Shown here: in pieces, positions 17,853 to 26,591 of the stretch | Layout of the letters: every line of letters begins with the position of its first letter | How positions within the stretch are numbered: position 1 is the stretch's first letter | Source of the DNA: Candidatus Moraniibacteriota bacterium | GTDB lineage: Bacteria > Patescibacteriota > Minisyncoccia > Moranbacterales > UBA2206 | DNA: 64,000 bases | Direction: 5' to 3' | Assembly: GCA_013334765.1 (NCBI GenBank) | Contig: JAAXWW010000001.1 | Location: forward strand, 236,589-300,588 | Made by a program: the position numbers and the translations under genes | The notes under the pieces: model-generated | The model's database searches: none | Seen by the model: only the letters and a program-made list of their open reading frames with translations | What the model was told of the DNA's origin: nothing

Positions 17853-18650
17853 ATGCCAAAGATTGTTCTGGTTGAAGATGATCCGATGATTTCCGAGATT
17901 TATGAGAGGAAGTTCCGCGAGGAAGGGTTCGACATTTCGAGCGTGGCCTCAGGCGAGCAGGTATTGGAATTGGCAAAGAAAGAGCATATCGACCTTATCC
18001 TGACCGATCTCCTTATGCCCAAGATGGACGGGTTCGAGCTTATCAAGCAGCTTCGCGGCGGAGGATACGATCCGGACATACGGATCATAGTTTCAAGCAA
18101 TCTCAGTGAAATCGAAGATCATAAGAAGGCTTTCAGTCTTGGTGCCAATGGATTCGTTGTCAAATCGGATTATACCCCAGGCGAGCTGGTGGAAGAGATC
18201 AAGAATGTCTTGCATGAATTCAAGGAGCAGAAAAAGAACATCCGCAGGCGCGAAAACGGAATCGAGAAGAACGGGAAAAGGATATTGCTGATGGAGGACG
18301 AGGCGGTTTTCGCGGAAATGTTCGGGGAGAAGCTCACGTTTGACGGTTTCGATGTGGAAGTGGCGATGACCGGACAAGAATCCATCAAAAAATCCAAAGA
18401 AGGGCATTACGACGCTTTCATCGTGGATATGGTGATGCCGGGAATGACAGGAGATGAGATAATCGCTCAACTCCTTGCTGATGAAGGCACGAGAAATGTC
18501 CCCATTGTCGCTTACACCGCTTCCGATATAGATGAGATTATCAAGAAAGTCAAAGCGTTGGGAATCAAGGAGGTCTATACTAAAACCCAGCTTACTCCGA
18601 GCAAGCTGGCCATGAAGGTGCGAGAGGCTTGCGGAATAGAGGAGGAATAG
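17853..18650 (+). CDS. response regulator with two tandem receiver (REC) domains, no output domain
   Basis: Two CheY-like REC domains (VLVEDDP...DLILTDLLMPKMDG and RILLMEDE...FIVDMVMPGMTG). Confidence 0.8.
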   Translation: MPKIVLVEDDPMISEIYERKFREEGFDISSVASGEQVLELAKKEHIDLILTDLLMPKMDGFELIKQLRGGGYDPDIRIIVSSNLSEIEDHKKAFSLGANGFVVKSDYTPGELVEEIKNVLHEFKEQKKNIRRRENGIEKNGKRILLMEDEAVFAEMFGEKLTFDGFDVEVAMTGQESIKKSKEGHYDAFIVDMVMPGMTGDEIIAQLLADEGTRNVPIVAYTASDIDEIIKKVKALGIKEVYTKTQLTPSKLAMKVREACGIEEE

Positions 18651-18794
18651 GAATCGATCTTCTTTTTCCCGTGTCCTTGACGGCATGTTTTGGCTGGTAT
18701 ATAACTAAAAAACGAAAGATTTCCGCTTGCTGGAGATTCGGAAGCGGCTTTTGCAGGTTTTTAGGATAAGAAATATCATAAACTGAGAAAAAAT

Positions 18795-20114
18795 ATGGAA
18801 AGGAAACTGGTTTCGGAAACTCCCGGGCTTATCGGGCAGACAATAAGGCTGGCCGGCTGGGTGCACAACAGAAGGGACCATGGCAAGCTCATTTTCATCG
18901 ATCTTCGCGACCGAAGCGGGATTCTGCAAATGGTGGTTATTCCCGACAAGGAAGAGGCATATAATGTGGCGAAAGAGCTCAGGAGCCAGTTTGTCGTGGA
19001 AATCGAAGGTTTGGTTAAGGCGCGTCCCGGCGGACAAGCCAAGGAAAGCGCTCTTGGCGGAGTCGAAATTGAGGTTTCGGGAATCAGGATCATTTCCGAT
19101 GTGAAGGAAGAGCTTCCTTTCGATGTTTCCAAGAAGGAATTGGAGCTGAATCCCAGCACGCTTTTCGATAACAGGAATCTGGCTCTTCGCAACAAGAAAG
19201 TGAACGACATATTCAAGGTCTATGCCCAGGTGCTGAAGTCGTATGGCGAAGTCATGAGGGAGAACGGGTTCATGGAAATAAAATCGCCTAAGATATTGTC
19301 GGCGGCGACTGAGGGCGGAGCGAACTTTTTCAAGATAAAATATTTCGACAGGGAGGCATATTTGGCGCAGAGCCCGCAGTTCTATAAGCAGGCCGGAGTG
19401 GGCGCTTTTGAACGGGTCTTTGAAATCGGTTCTGTTTTCAGGGCTGAGCCGCATTTCACGACCAGGCATGTCAACGAATACATAGGCATAGACGCGGAAA
19501 TGGGCTTTATCGAGAATTTTTCCGACATAATGGATCAGTTGGAGATGGTGATGAAGCGCATAATAGCGGATGTCAAAGAGAACTGCCAGGAAGAACTCAA
19601 GGAATATGAAGGAGGCGAATTCCTGGTTCCTGACAAGTTCCCGCGCATCAGGCTTGAAGAGGCACTTGAGATCCTGAAGAATGAATACGGCAAGGAATAT
19701 CTGGGAATTGATATCGATCCGGAAGGCGAGAGGCTTATCTGTGATTGGGCCAAGGAGAAGCACGGATCGGATTTCGTTTTCCTGACTCATTATCCAGTGT
19801 CCATACGGCCTTTCTATGCTATGCCGAGTCCGGATGGAAAATCGACTGAGAGTTTCGATCTGATTTTCAGGGGCGTCGAAATCGGTACTGGCGGACAAAG
19901 GATCAACCGCTATGATGATATGGTCAAGAGTATCCAAAAGCACGGCCTCAAGCCGGAAGACTTCAAGCACTATCTGGATATTTTCAAAATCGGAATGCCT
20001 CTTCATGGAGGATGGGGATTGGGTTCGGAAAGGATCGCTCAGAAGATCCTGGGACTTAAGAGCGTGAAGGAGGCTATTCTTTTCCCGCGAGACGTCAAAA
20101 GGCTGACGCCGTAG
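18795..20114 (+). CDS. aspS: aspartyl-tRNA synthetase, archaeal/eukaryotic type (class IIb)
   Basis: Class II motifs FRAEPHFTTRH and GGWGLGSERIAQ; 439 aa without the bacterial GAD insertion. Confidence 0.9.
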   Translation: MERKLVSETPGLIGQTIRLAGWVHNRRDHGKLIFIDLRDRSGILQMVVIPDKEEAYNVAKELRSQFVVEIEGLVKARPGGQAKESALGGVEIEVSGIRIISDVKEELPFDVSKKELELNPSTLFDNRNLALRNKKVNDIFKVYAQVLKSYGEVMRENGFMEIKSPKILSAATEGGANFFKIKYFDREAYLAQSPQFYKQAGVGAFERVFEIGSVFRAEPHFTTRHVNEYIGIDAEMGFIENFSDIMDQLEMVMKRIIADVKENCQEELKEYEGGEFLVPDKFPRIRLEEALEILKNEYGKEYLGIDIDPEGERLICDWAKEKHGSDFVFLTHYPVSIRPFYAMPSPDGKSTESFDLIFRGVEIGTGGQRINRYDDMVKSIQKHGLKPEDFKHYLDIFKIGMPLHGGWGLGSERIAQKILGLKSVKEAILFPRDVKRLTP

Positions 20115-20136
20115 GAGATAAAAATAAAAACCGGAC

Positions 20137-21315
20137 ATGCAAAAACACAAAGAGTTTTTGGACAGGAAAAGGATCAGGATCATCAACCTGGTAACCATGA
20201 TGATGGGATTTTCCCAGGCGATTTTGGCTTATGTCATGTCGACCTATTTCAAAAAGGCTTCCGGCACTGAAAATGTCGGGCCTTTTTATTTTATTTCCTA
20301 TGCCATCCTACTGATCCTTCTTCTCAATCTGCACAAGCTGGTGCGCATCATGGGCAAGATCAACGTCTTCATCCTTTCGGTTTTCTTCAATATCATATTC
20401 ATCGCTCTTCTTGCGAATATCGTGCCGTCATATCTGGGGATGTTCATCCTGATGCTCTATGTCATTTCATCCGGACTCGAATGGGTGGCAATGGATGCCG
20501 TTTTGGAATCGTATTCGACGGATGGCGAATCCGGAAGGATACGCGGGAAGCATCTGATGATCCTGAATATCGGTTTCTTGCTCGGGCCTTTCATTTCCAC
20601 GCGGCTCTTGGAACAGTTCAGTTTTCAAGGGGTATTCATATTCCTCCTTTTCTTCAATTCCCTGATGTTCATCTATACGCTTATCAAGCTGCGCGGATCC
20701 AATGAGAAATTCGAGAAGGAAATAAGGGTTAGGGATGTCATAAGGAAAGTCATGAAGAGGAAAGACCTGTTCCATATCTATTATATATCCTTTGCCTTGG
20801 AATTTTTTTATGCCCTCATGGTCATATATACGCCGATCTATCTTCTGGACAGGGGCCTGGATTGGAATCAGATCGGTCTCATTTTCACGGCGATGCTGAT
20901 TCCGTTCGTTATCGTCCAATATCCGGCAGGCGTTCTGGCTGACAGGAAATGGGGCGAAAAGAAGATGCTTGCTGCGGCAGTCTTTTTCATGGGGATTTTC
21001 ACATTGCTTGCTTTTTTCATCCATTCGAAAAGCGTCCTCATCTGGTCGCTGGTCCTTTTCGGCACGCGTATCGGGGCGGCCCTTATCGAGGTTCTTCGCG
21101 ATTCGTATTTCTATCGTCTCATCGATGGCGAGGATGTTGATCTTATCAATTTTTTCAGGACTTCCATGCCCATAGCCTTCATTCTGGGTTCCGTCCTGTC
21201 GTTCCTTCTCCTGCTGTTTTTTCCGGTGAAAGCGGTGTTCATTCTTGTAGCCGCTGTCTCCTTGTCCGCCCTTGTTCCCGCGCTTTCCCTAAAGGACAAC
21301 AGGCCGCGCAAATAG
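20137..21315 (+). CDS. MFS transporter
   Basis: 12 TM-like hydrophobic segments, MFS topology. Confidence 0.7.
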   Translation: MQKHKEFLDRKRIRIINLVTMMMGFSQAILAYVMSTYFKKASGTENVGPFYFISYAILLILLLNLHKLVRIMGKINVFILSVFFNIIFIALLANIVPSYLGMFILMLYVISSGLEWVAMDAVLESYSTDGESGRIRGKHLMILNIGFLLGPFISTRLLEQFSFQGVFIFLLFFNSLMFIYTLIKLRGSNEKFEKEIRVRDVIRKVMKRKDLFHIYYISFALEFFYALMVIYTPIYLLDRGLDWNQIGLIFTAMLIPFVIVQYPAGVLADRKWGEKKMLAAAVFFMGIFTLLAFFIHSKSVLIWSLVLFGTRIGAALIEVLRDSYFYRLIDGEDVDLINFFRTSMPIAFILGSVLSFLLLLFFPVKAVFILVAAVSLSALVPALSLKDNRPRK

Positions 21316-21376
21316 TTTGTAAATCCAGAAAAAAATGATAGAATGAGAGGCAGGTCAGGTAAGATTTAAGGGAAAC

Positions 21377-22084
21377 ATGGTGTATAACGTCAAACTTGAA
21401 AAATTCGAAGGCCCGATGGACCTCCTTCTTGAGCTTATTGAAAAAGAGAAGCTGGACGTCACGGAATTGAGCCTTGCGAAAATCACTGACCAATACCTGG
21501 AGCATATAAGGGGGAATGAGGATATCCGCCTTGGCAATCTGGCTGATTTCCTGTCGGTCGCTGCCAAGCTGATCCTTATAAAATCCAGGGCTATCCTGCC
21601 GTCGCTCCGGTTCACTGATGAGGAAGAGAAGGAAATCGGCGATCTGACTCACCAGATCGAGGAATACAAGAAATTCAAGGAAGCGTCGATTGAAATCGGA
21701 AAGCTCTTCAAACTCAGCAGGTTTTGTTTTTCGCGTTCGGGATTCCTGGGCGTGAAATCGGTTTTCTATCCGCCGGAGGGTATCAATGCCTATGATCTCA
21801 AGAAATATTTCCTAAAGGTCGTTTTGGAGATTCCGATAATCGAAAAGCTCCAAGAAGAAGTGGTCAGGGAGATCGTGACGCTTGAGGATCGGATCGCGGA
21901 TCTCGAGGTGACGATCAGGAAGAAAGTGGAAACGTCCTTTTTCGAGATAACGGCCAATGCTGAAGACAAGGTGGACGTGATCATCTCCTTTCTGGCGATG
22001 CTTGAAATGGTGAAGCAGAGAGTGATAGATGTGGAGCAGAACGAGCTGTTCAATGACATACGCCTGAATATGAAATCCGCATAG
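21377..22084 (+). CDS. scpA: segregation and condensation protein A
   Basis: LEKFEGPMDLLLELIEKEKLDVTELSLAKITDQY. Confidence 0.85.
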   Translation: MVYNVKLEKFEGPMDLLLELIEKEKLDVTELSLAKITDQYLEHIRGNEDIRLGNLADFLSVAAKLILIKSRAILPSLRFTDEEEKEIGDLTHQIEEYKKFKEASIEIGKLFKLSRFCFSRSGFLGVKSVFYPPEGINAYDLKKYFLKVVLEIPIIEKLQEEVVREIVTLEDRIADLEVTIRKKVETSFFEITANAEDKVDVIISFLAMLEMVKQRVIDVEQNELFNDIRLNMKSA

Positions 22085-22118
22085 GCGGGTTTCCATCTTA
22101 ATTCATAAGTATATCGAA

Positions 22119-22724
22119 GTGGATCAAAAGAAATTGAAATCGATAATCGAAAGCATTTTATTCATAAGCGGTGAGCCGCTGTCGCTTTCGCGCATCTCGA
22201 AAGTTACTGGCGCTTCGGAAGAGGAAATCGAAACGGCTCTTGGATTTGTCGTTGAGGATTATTCCGATGGAAGAGGGGTAGTTGTCATAAGGAAAGAGGA
22301 CAAGGTGGAGATGGCGACCAGTCCGGAAAACGCGGAGATCATTTCCGAGCTGGTGAAAAGCGAGATTCAGGAGAACCTCAGTCCGGCGGCATTGGAAGTC
22401 TTGTCGATCATCGCTTATCGTGGTCCGATTGCGCGCGTTGAGATCGAGTCTATCCGCGGGGTCAACTGCAGCTTCACTTTGCGTTCGCTGCTGATGCGTT
22501 CTCTTATTGAGAGAGTGGATAATCCGAAAGACAGCCGGGGATATCTGTATAAGATTTCTTTCCAATTCCTGGAAAGCCTGGGTATGCCGAGCGTTGAAAA
22601 ATTGCCTGATTTCGATAATCTGAGCAAGGACACCAGGATTGAAAGCGTTTTGGTGAAAGAAGAAGATGGGAAAGCGCCGAACGCTGAAACGGTTATGGAA
22701 AATATTGCTGATGAGAGTAAATAG
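22119..22724 (+). CDS. scpB: segregation and condensation protein B
   Basis: SILFISGEPLSLSRISKV...LEVLSIIAYRGPI. Confidence 0.85.
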   Translation: MDQKKLKSIIESILFISGEPLSLSRISKVTGASEEEIETALGFVVEDYSDGRGVVVIRKEDKVEMATSPENAEIISELVKSEIQENLSPAALEVLSIIAYRGPIARVEIESIRGVNCSFTLRSLLMRSLIERVDNPKDSRGYLYKISFQFLESLGMPSVEKLPDFDNLSKDTRIESVLVKEEDGKAPNAETVMENIADESK

Positions 22725-22747
22725 GCGATATGATTGGCTGATGACCA

Positions 22748-22900
22748 GGCGAAGGAGAGGAAATTCAAAGGAACCAAACTCGAATACTCCGTTTTCTTTC
22801 CAAAATATTCACGCCTCTGATTCGTCGGTATGCCTCAGAAAATTTTGGAGAAAATGGGCATTCTCAGACAGTGTTTCCTTCGAATTTCCTCTCCTTCGCC
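22748..22900 (+). repeat. family-3 palindromic intergenic element, copy a
   Basis: 25-bp terminal inverted repeats ggcgaaggagaggaaattcaaagga / tccttcgaatttcctctccttcgcc; core about 85% identical to 25159-25313. Confidence 0.85.
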
Positions 22901-22934
22901 TTAGCTGTATTATTCTATAGATTTAAAAATACCA

Positions 22935-23966
22935 ATGCTGAATCTGATAATTACAATCCTAGCCGTTCCGTTCCTGCCGGCTTTTTTCTATGGCAATGCC
23001 GCGAATGGCATAAGCCAGCAGGATAGCGCCAGCACCGTTGTCATTGAGAATGACGATTCCAAAGTTCTTGGAGAGGCAAGCGAATCCGGCGCGGTGTGCG
23101 GCAACATCCAGAAGCAGAATCTTTTTCCGATCGAAGCCGACGGATTGGTGCCGAGAAGAGTGAAGGGATCTCCTGATATGATGGTCTGGGCCGGATCGGC
23201 CGTTTCCATAGATGCTGACACGGGAACGATCCTCTATTATGATAATGGCAGGAAGAGGACGCAGATCGCGTCGCTCACGAAACTGATGACGGCGATGCTG
23301 GTTATTGATAATATAAAGGATCTCAACGAGCCGGTCACCATAACGAAAGAGGCGATGATGGTTCCGGCGACGATTGTCGGATGTCCGACAAGCACGCTTT
23401 GCAACAGCAACCGGATGTATACCGGAGAGAAGGTGCGCGCGATAGACCTTCTGAAAGTCATGCTCTTGAACAGTGCCAATGATGCGGCGACGGCACTCGG
23501 GGTTCAGGTGGCCGGATCGACTGAGAAGTTCGCCAAGATGATGAATGATAAGGCTGATGAGATGGGGCTGGTGGATACGCATTTCTGCACGCCCTCGGGG
23601 CTGGAAATAGACGGGCATGAAGATGAGTGCTATTCGTCAGCCTATGACATCGCAAGGATCGGAGTGGCGTCGCTTGGCTATGACCTTATCTGGCAGATAA
23701 TGAAGATACCGGAAGGCGTTTTCTATTCCGCGGACGGCAAATACATGCATCAGATGAAGAACACGGACGCGTTTCTGGGAAATATGTCGAATTGCCTAGG
23801 CGCGAAAACAGGGTTCACTCCTTTGGCTGGGAAGTCGCTGCTTCTGGCTACGGTCGATCCGACGGGGAAGCACAAGGTGGTCTCGGTCCTTCTCAACGAC
23901 GAGAACCGCTGGGAGGATATGCGTTCATTGGTGGACTGGGCATATGGAAGCTATGAGTGGAAATAA
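22935..23966 (+). CDS. D-alanyl-D-alanine carboxypeptidase (S11, PBP5/DacC-like)
   Basis: SxxK (IASLTK), SxN (NSANDAA) and KTG (GAKTGFT) motifs. Confidence 0.8.
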   Translation: MLNLIITILAVPFLPAFFYGNAANGISQQDSASTVVIENDDSKVLGEASESGAVCGNIQKQNLFPIEADGLVPRRVKGSPDMMVWAGSAVSIDADTGTILYYDNGRKRTQIASLTKLMTAMLVIDNIKDLNEPVTITKEAMMVPATIVGCPTSTLCNSNRMYTGEKVRAIDLLKVMLLNSANDAATALGVQVAGSTEKFAKMMNDKADEMGLVDTHFCTPSGLEIDGHEDECYSSAYDIARIGVASLGYDLIWQIMKIPEGVFYSADGKYMHQMKNTDAFLGNMSNCLGAKTGFTPLAGKSLLLATVDPTGKHKVVSVLLNDENRWEDMRSLVDWAYGSYEWK

Positions 23967-24036
23967 TTTATCATATAAAGAACGGGGTATGAAGCATGGA
24001 GCGGTATCCGATTATGTTTCCTGCCACGCATAAGCT

Positions 24037-25143
24037 ATGGAATTTTCTCAGGTGCAAACCATTCCGGTGGTGATGAATATCATGAAGGTTCTTCTGACGG
24101 GGTTCCTGGCTTTCATCATAGCCTTTTTCCTTACGCCCCTCATGACGCATTTCCTGTATAAATACAGGATAGGCATAAAGATAAAGAAAACGGATGTTAA
24201 TGGTGAGAAGCTGACCTATGTCAGCCAGCTTCATCAGCATAAGGCCAATACTCCCGTCATGGGAGGGATTCTGGTCTGGTTCACTGTGATGATATTGGTT
24301 TTCGCTTCGCATTATCTATTTCCGATCCTGGCTGGATGGTGGGATATGAACTTTTTGGCCAGGCTTGATTTTTTGAGCCGCAAACAGGTATGGCTTCCTC
24401 TTTTTGCTCTCGTTTCAGCCGGAATACTCGGGCTTTGCGATGATTTCGCGAGCGTTAAGGGGCTTGGGAAGAACAAAGGGGGCGGAATAAGGTTTTTGAC
24501 CCGTTTCGGATGGCTTATCCTTATTTCGGGCCTAGGCGCCTGGTGGTTTTATTATAAGCTCGGGTGGGACAGGATCCATATCCCGGCTATCGGCGATTTC
24601 AGTATCGGGCTGTGGTATATCCCGCTTTTCATGTTCGTCATCCTTTTTGCGGCTATTTCTTCCAATGAGACGGACGGGCTGGATGGTCTCAATGGAGGGA
24701 TCCTGCTTATCGCCTTCGCTTCGTTCGGAATAATATCGTTCGTCGGCAATAAGCTTGATCTGGCGGCTTTCTGTGCCGCGATTTCGGGCGCTCTTCTGGC
24801 ATTCCTTTGGTTCAATGTCTATCCGGCGCGCTTTTTCATGGGGGATACGGGAGCGATATCGCTCGGCGCGACTCTCGGGGTGGTTGCTATGATCACTAAT
24901 TCCGCGCTCATACTTTTCATCATAGTTTTCGTGTATATCATTGAATCCATGTCTGTTGTCATACAGCTTGGATCCAAGAAATTCTTCAAGAGGAAGGTTT
25001 TTCTGGCGGCCCCGATCCATCATCATTTCGAAGCCAAAGGCTGGCCGGAGACCAAAGTGACTATGCGAGCATGGATACTTACGTTGGTTTTCGCGCTGGT
25101 AGGGGTTATAATAGGGATATTGGGAATGGGCAAGTGGAAATAA
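24037..25143 (+). CDS. mraY: phospho-N-acetylmuramoyl-pentapeptide transferase
   Basis: NETDGLDGLNGG and a ...HHHFEAKGWPETKV C-terminus. Confidence 0.9.
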   Translation: MEFSQVQTIPVVMNIMKVLLTGFLAFIIAFFLTPLMTHFLYKYRIGIKIKKTDVNGEKLTYVSQLHQHKANTPVMGGILVWFTVMILVFASHYLFPILAGWWDMNFLARLDFLSRKQVWLPLFALVSAGILGLCDDFASVKGLGKNKGGGIRFLTRFGWLILISGLGAWWFYYKLGWDRIHIPAIGDFSIGLWYIPLFMFVILFAAISSNETDGLDGLNGGILLIAFASFGIISFVGNKLDLAAFCAAISGALLAFLWFNVYPARFFMGDTGAISLGATLGVVAMITNSALILFIIVFVYIIESMSVVIQLGSKKFFKRKVFLAAPIHHHFEAKGWPETKVTMRAWILTLVFALVGVIIGILGMGKWK

Positions 25144-25158
25144 TCAAGTGTGCCAGGC

Positions 25159-25313
25159 GGCAAACCGGATGAGATTTCAAAAGAACCAAACTCGAATGCT
25201 CGGTTTTCTTCTCAAAATATTCACGCCTCTGAATCGTTAGCATGCCTCGGAATATTTTGAAGAAAACCGGCATTCTCAAACAGTGTTTCTTTTGAAATCT
25301 CACCCAGTTTGCC
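25159..25313 (+). repeat. family-3 palindromic intergenic element, copy b
   Basis: Terminal inverted repeats ggcaaaccggatgagatttcaaaag / cttttgaaatctcacccagtttgcc; core shared with 22748-22900. Confidence 0.85.
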
Positions 25314-25337
25314 TAATAACTAAAAATAAAAAAAACT

Positions 25338-26375
25338 ATGTTAAGAAGAATACAGGATGCTGATGTTGCGAATAAGAAAGTGCTGGTGAGGGTTGATTTC
25401 AACGCGGCGCTTGAAAACGAGGATGTGAAGGAGACATTCAAGGTTGCGGCAGCGAAGGAGACTGTCGATTATCTTCTTTCGAAAAATGCCAAGGTGGCGA
25501 TGATAACCCATTTGGGCAGGCCGGATGGCAAGGCTGTTCCGGAATTGTCACTGGGACAGATCAGGGATGATGCTGAGAGGATCCTTGGGATCAGGACTGC
25601 TTTTGTTCCCGACTGCATCGGGGAAAAAGTCGGTGAGGCTATGGATGCTCTTGGGTTCGGTGAGACATTGCTTTTGGAAAACGTGCGATTCTATGACGGC
25701 GATGAAAAAAACGATCCTGAGTTTGCCGGAAAGCTGGCTCAGAATTTCGATATCTTCATAAACGACGCTTTTTCGGCATCGCATCGCGATCATGCTTCCG
25801 TTTCGGGGATAGCCAGGATTTTGCCGAGTTTTGCCGGATTGAGGCTTCAGAAAGAAGTCGAAGAAATGGAAAAGGTGAAGGAGGGATTCTCTCGGCCGGC
25901 AGTCGCGATCATCGGCGGCGCTAAAATCGAAACCAAACTTCCGGTCATCGAGTTTTTCGAGGAAAAATATGACAATGTATTGGTCGGTGGAAAGATTGCC
26001 AATGAGGCGATCGATCAGAAGCTGGAATTTTCGGAGAAAGTGGTTTTGCCGGCGGATTTCGTGGATGACCGCTTGGATATCGGCCCCGACACGCTTTTGC
26101 GCTTCAAGGAAATCGTCCTTGGCGCCAAGACGATTGTCTGGAACGGTCCGACTGGAAAATTCGAGGATGAGAAATATGCGGTGAGTTCCAATGAGATACT
26201 CAACGCGGTTATTGCAAGCGGAGCTTATTCCCTGATTGGCGGAGGCGAGACGCTCGAAATTCTTGAAAAGAACGATGCGATGGGTAAGGTGAGTTTCGTT
26301 TCGACTGGAGGAGGAGCGATGCTTGATTATCTCGGCGGAGCGCCCATGCCGGGGATTGAGGTGTTGGAATCCTAG
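25338..26375 (+). CDS. pgk: phosphoglycerate kinase (compact, 345 aa)
   Basis: VLVRVDFN, GGGETL and STGGGA motifs. Confidence 0.9.
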   Translation: MLRRIQDADVANKKVLVRVDFNAALENEDVKETFKVAAAKETVDYLLSKNAKVAMITHLGRPDGKAVPELSLGQIRDDAERILGIRTAFVPDCIGEKVGEAMDALGFGETLLLENVRFYDGDEKNDPEFAGKLAQNFDIFINDAFSASHRDHASVSGIARILPSFAGLRLQKEVEEMEKVKEGFSRPAVAIIGGAKIETKLPVIEFFEEKYDNVLVGGKIANEAIDQKLEFSEKVVLPADFVDDRLDIGPDTLLRFKEIVLGAKTIVWNGPTGKFEDEKYAVSSNEILNAVIASGAYSLIGGGETLEILEKNDAMGKVSFVSTGGGAMLDYLGGAPMPGIEVLES

Positions 26376-26392
26376 CTTTTTCAGTATCTGGC

Positions 26393-26548
26393 GGCGAGGG
26401 GATTTATTATTTCTGAATGAACTCACCTGTCTGAGAACGCGCATTTTTTCAAAAATATTCCACCGGATGCCGTCGATTGAGGGAATATTTTTGAATAAAA
26501 AATGCGACGTTCGAGTCAGTTCATTCAGAAATAATAAATCCCCTCGCC
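26393..26548 (+). repeat. family-2 palindromic intergenic element, copy 1
   Basis: Arms ggcgaggggatttattatttctgaatgaactcac / gtcagttcattcagaaataataaatcccctcgcc; core cgcattttttcaaaaatattcc...ggaatatttttgaa...aaaaatgcg. Confidence 0.85.
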
Positions 26549-26591
26549 TAGTATTAAAATGTAAAATGTAAGAATTTAACGAATAAATAAT

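Noticed and set aside
18705-20198. 497-aa minus-strand ORF
   Set aside because: It is antisense to the well-supported aspS and has no RBS or domains.
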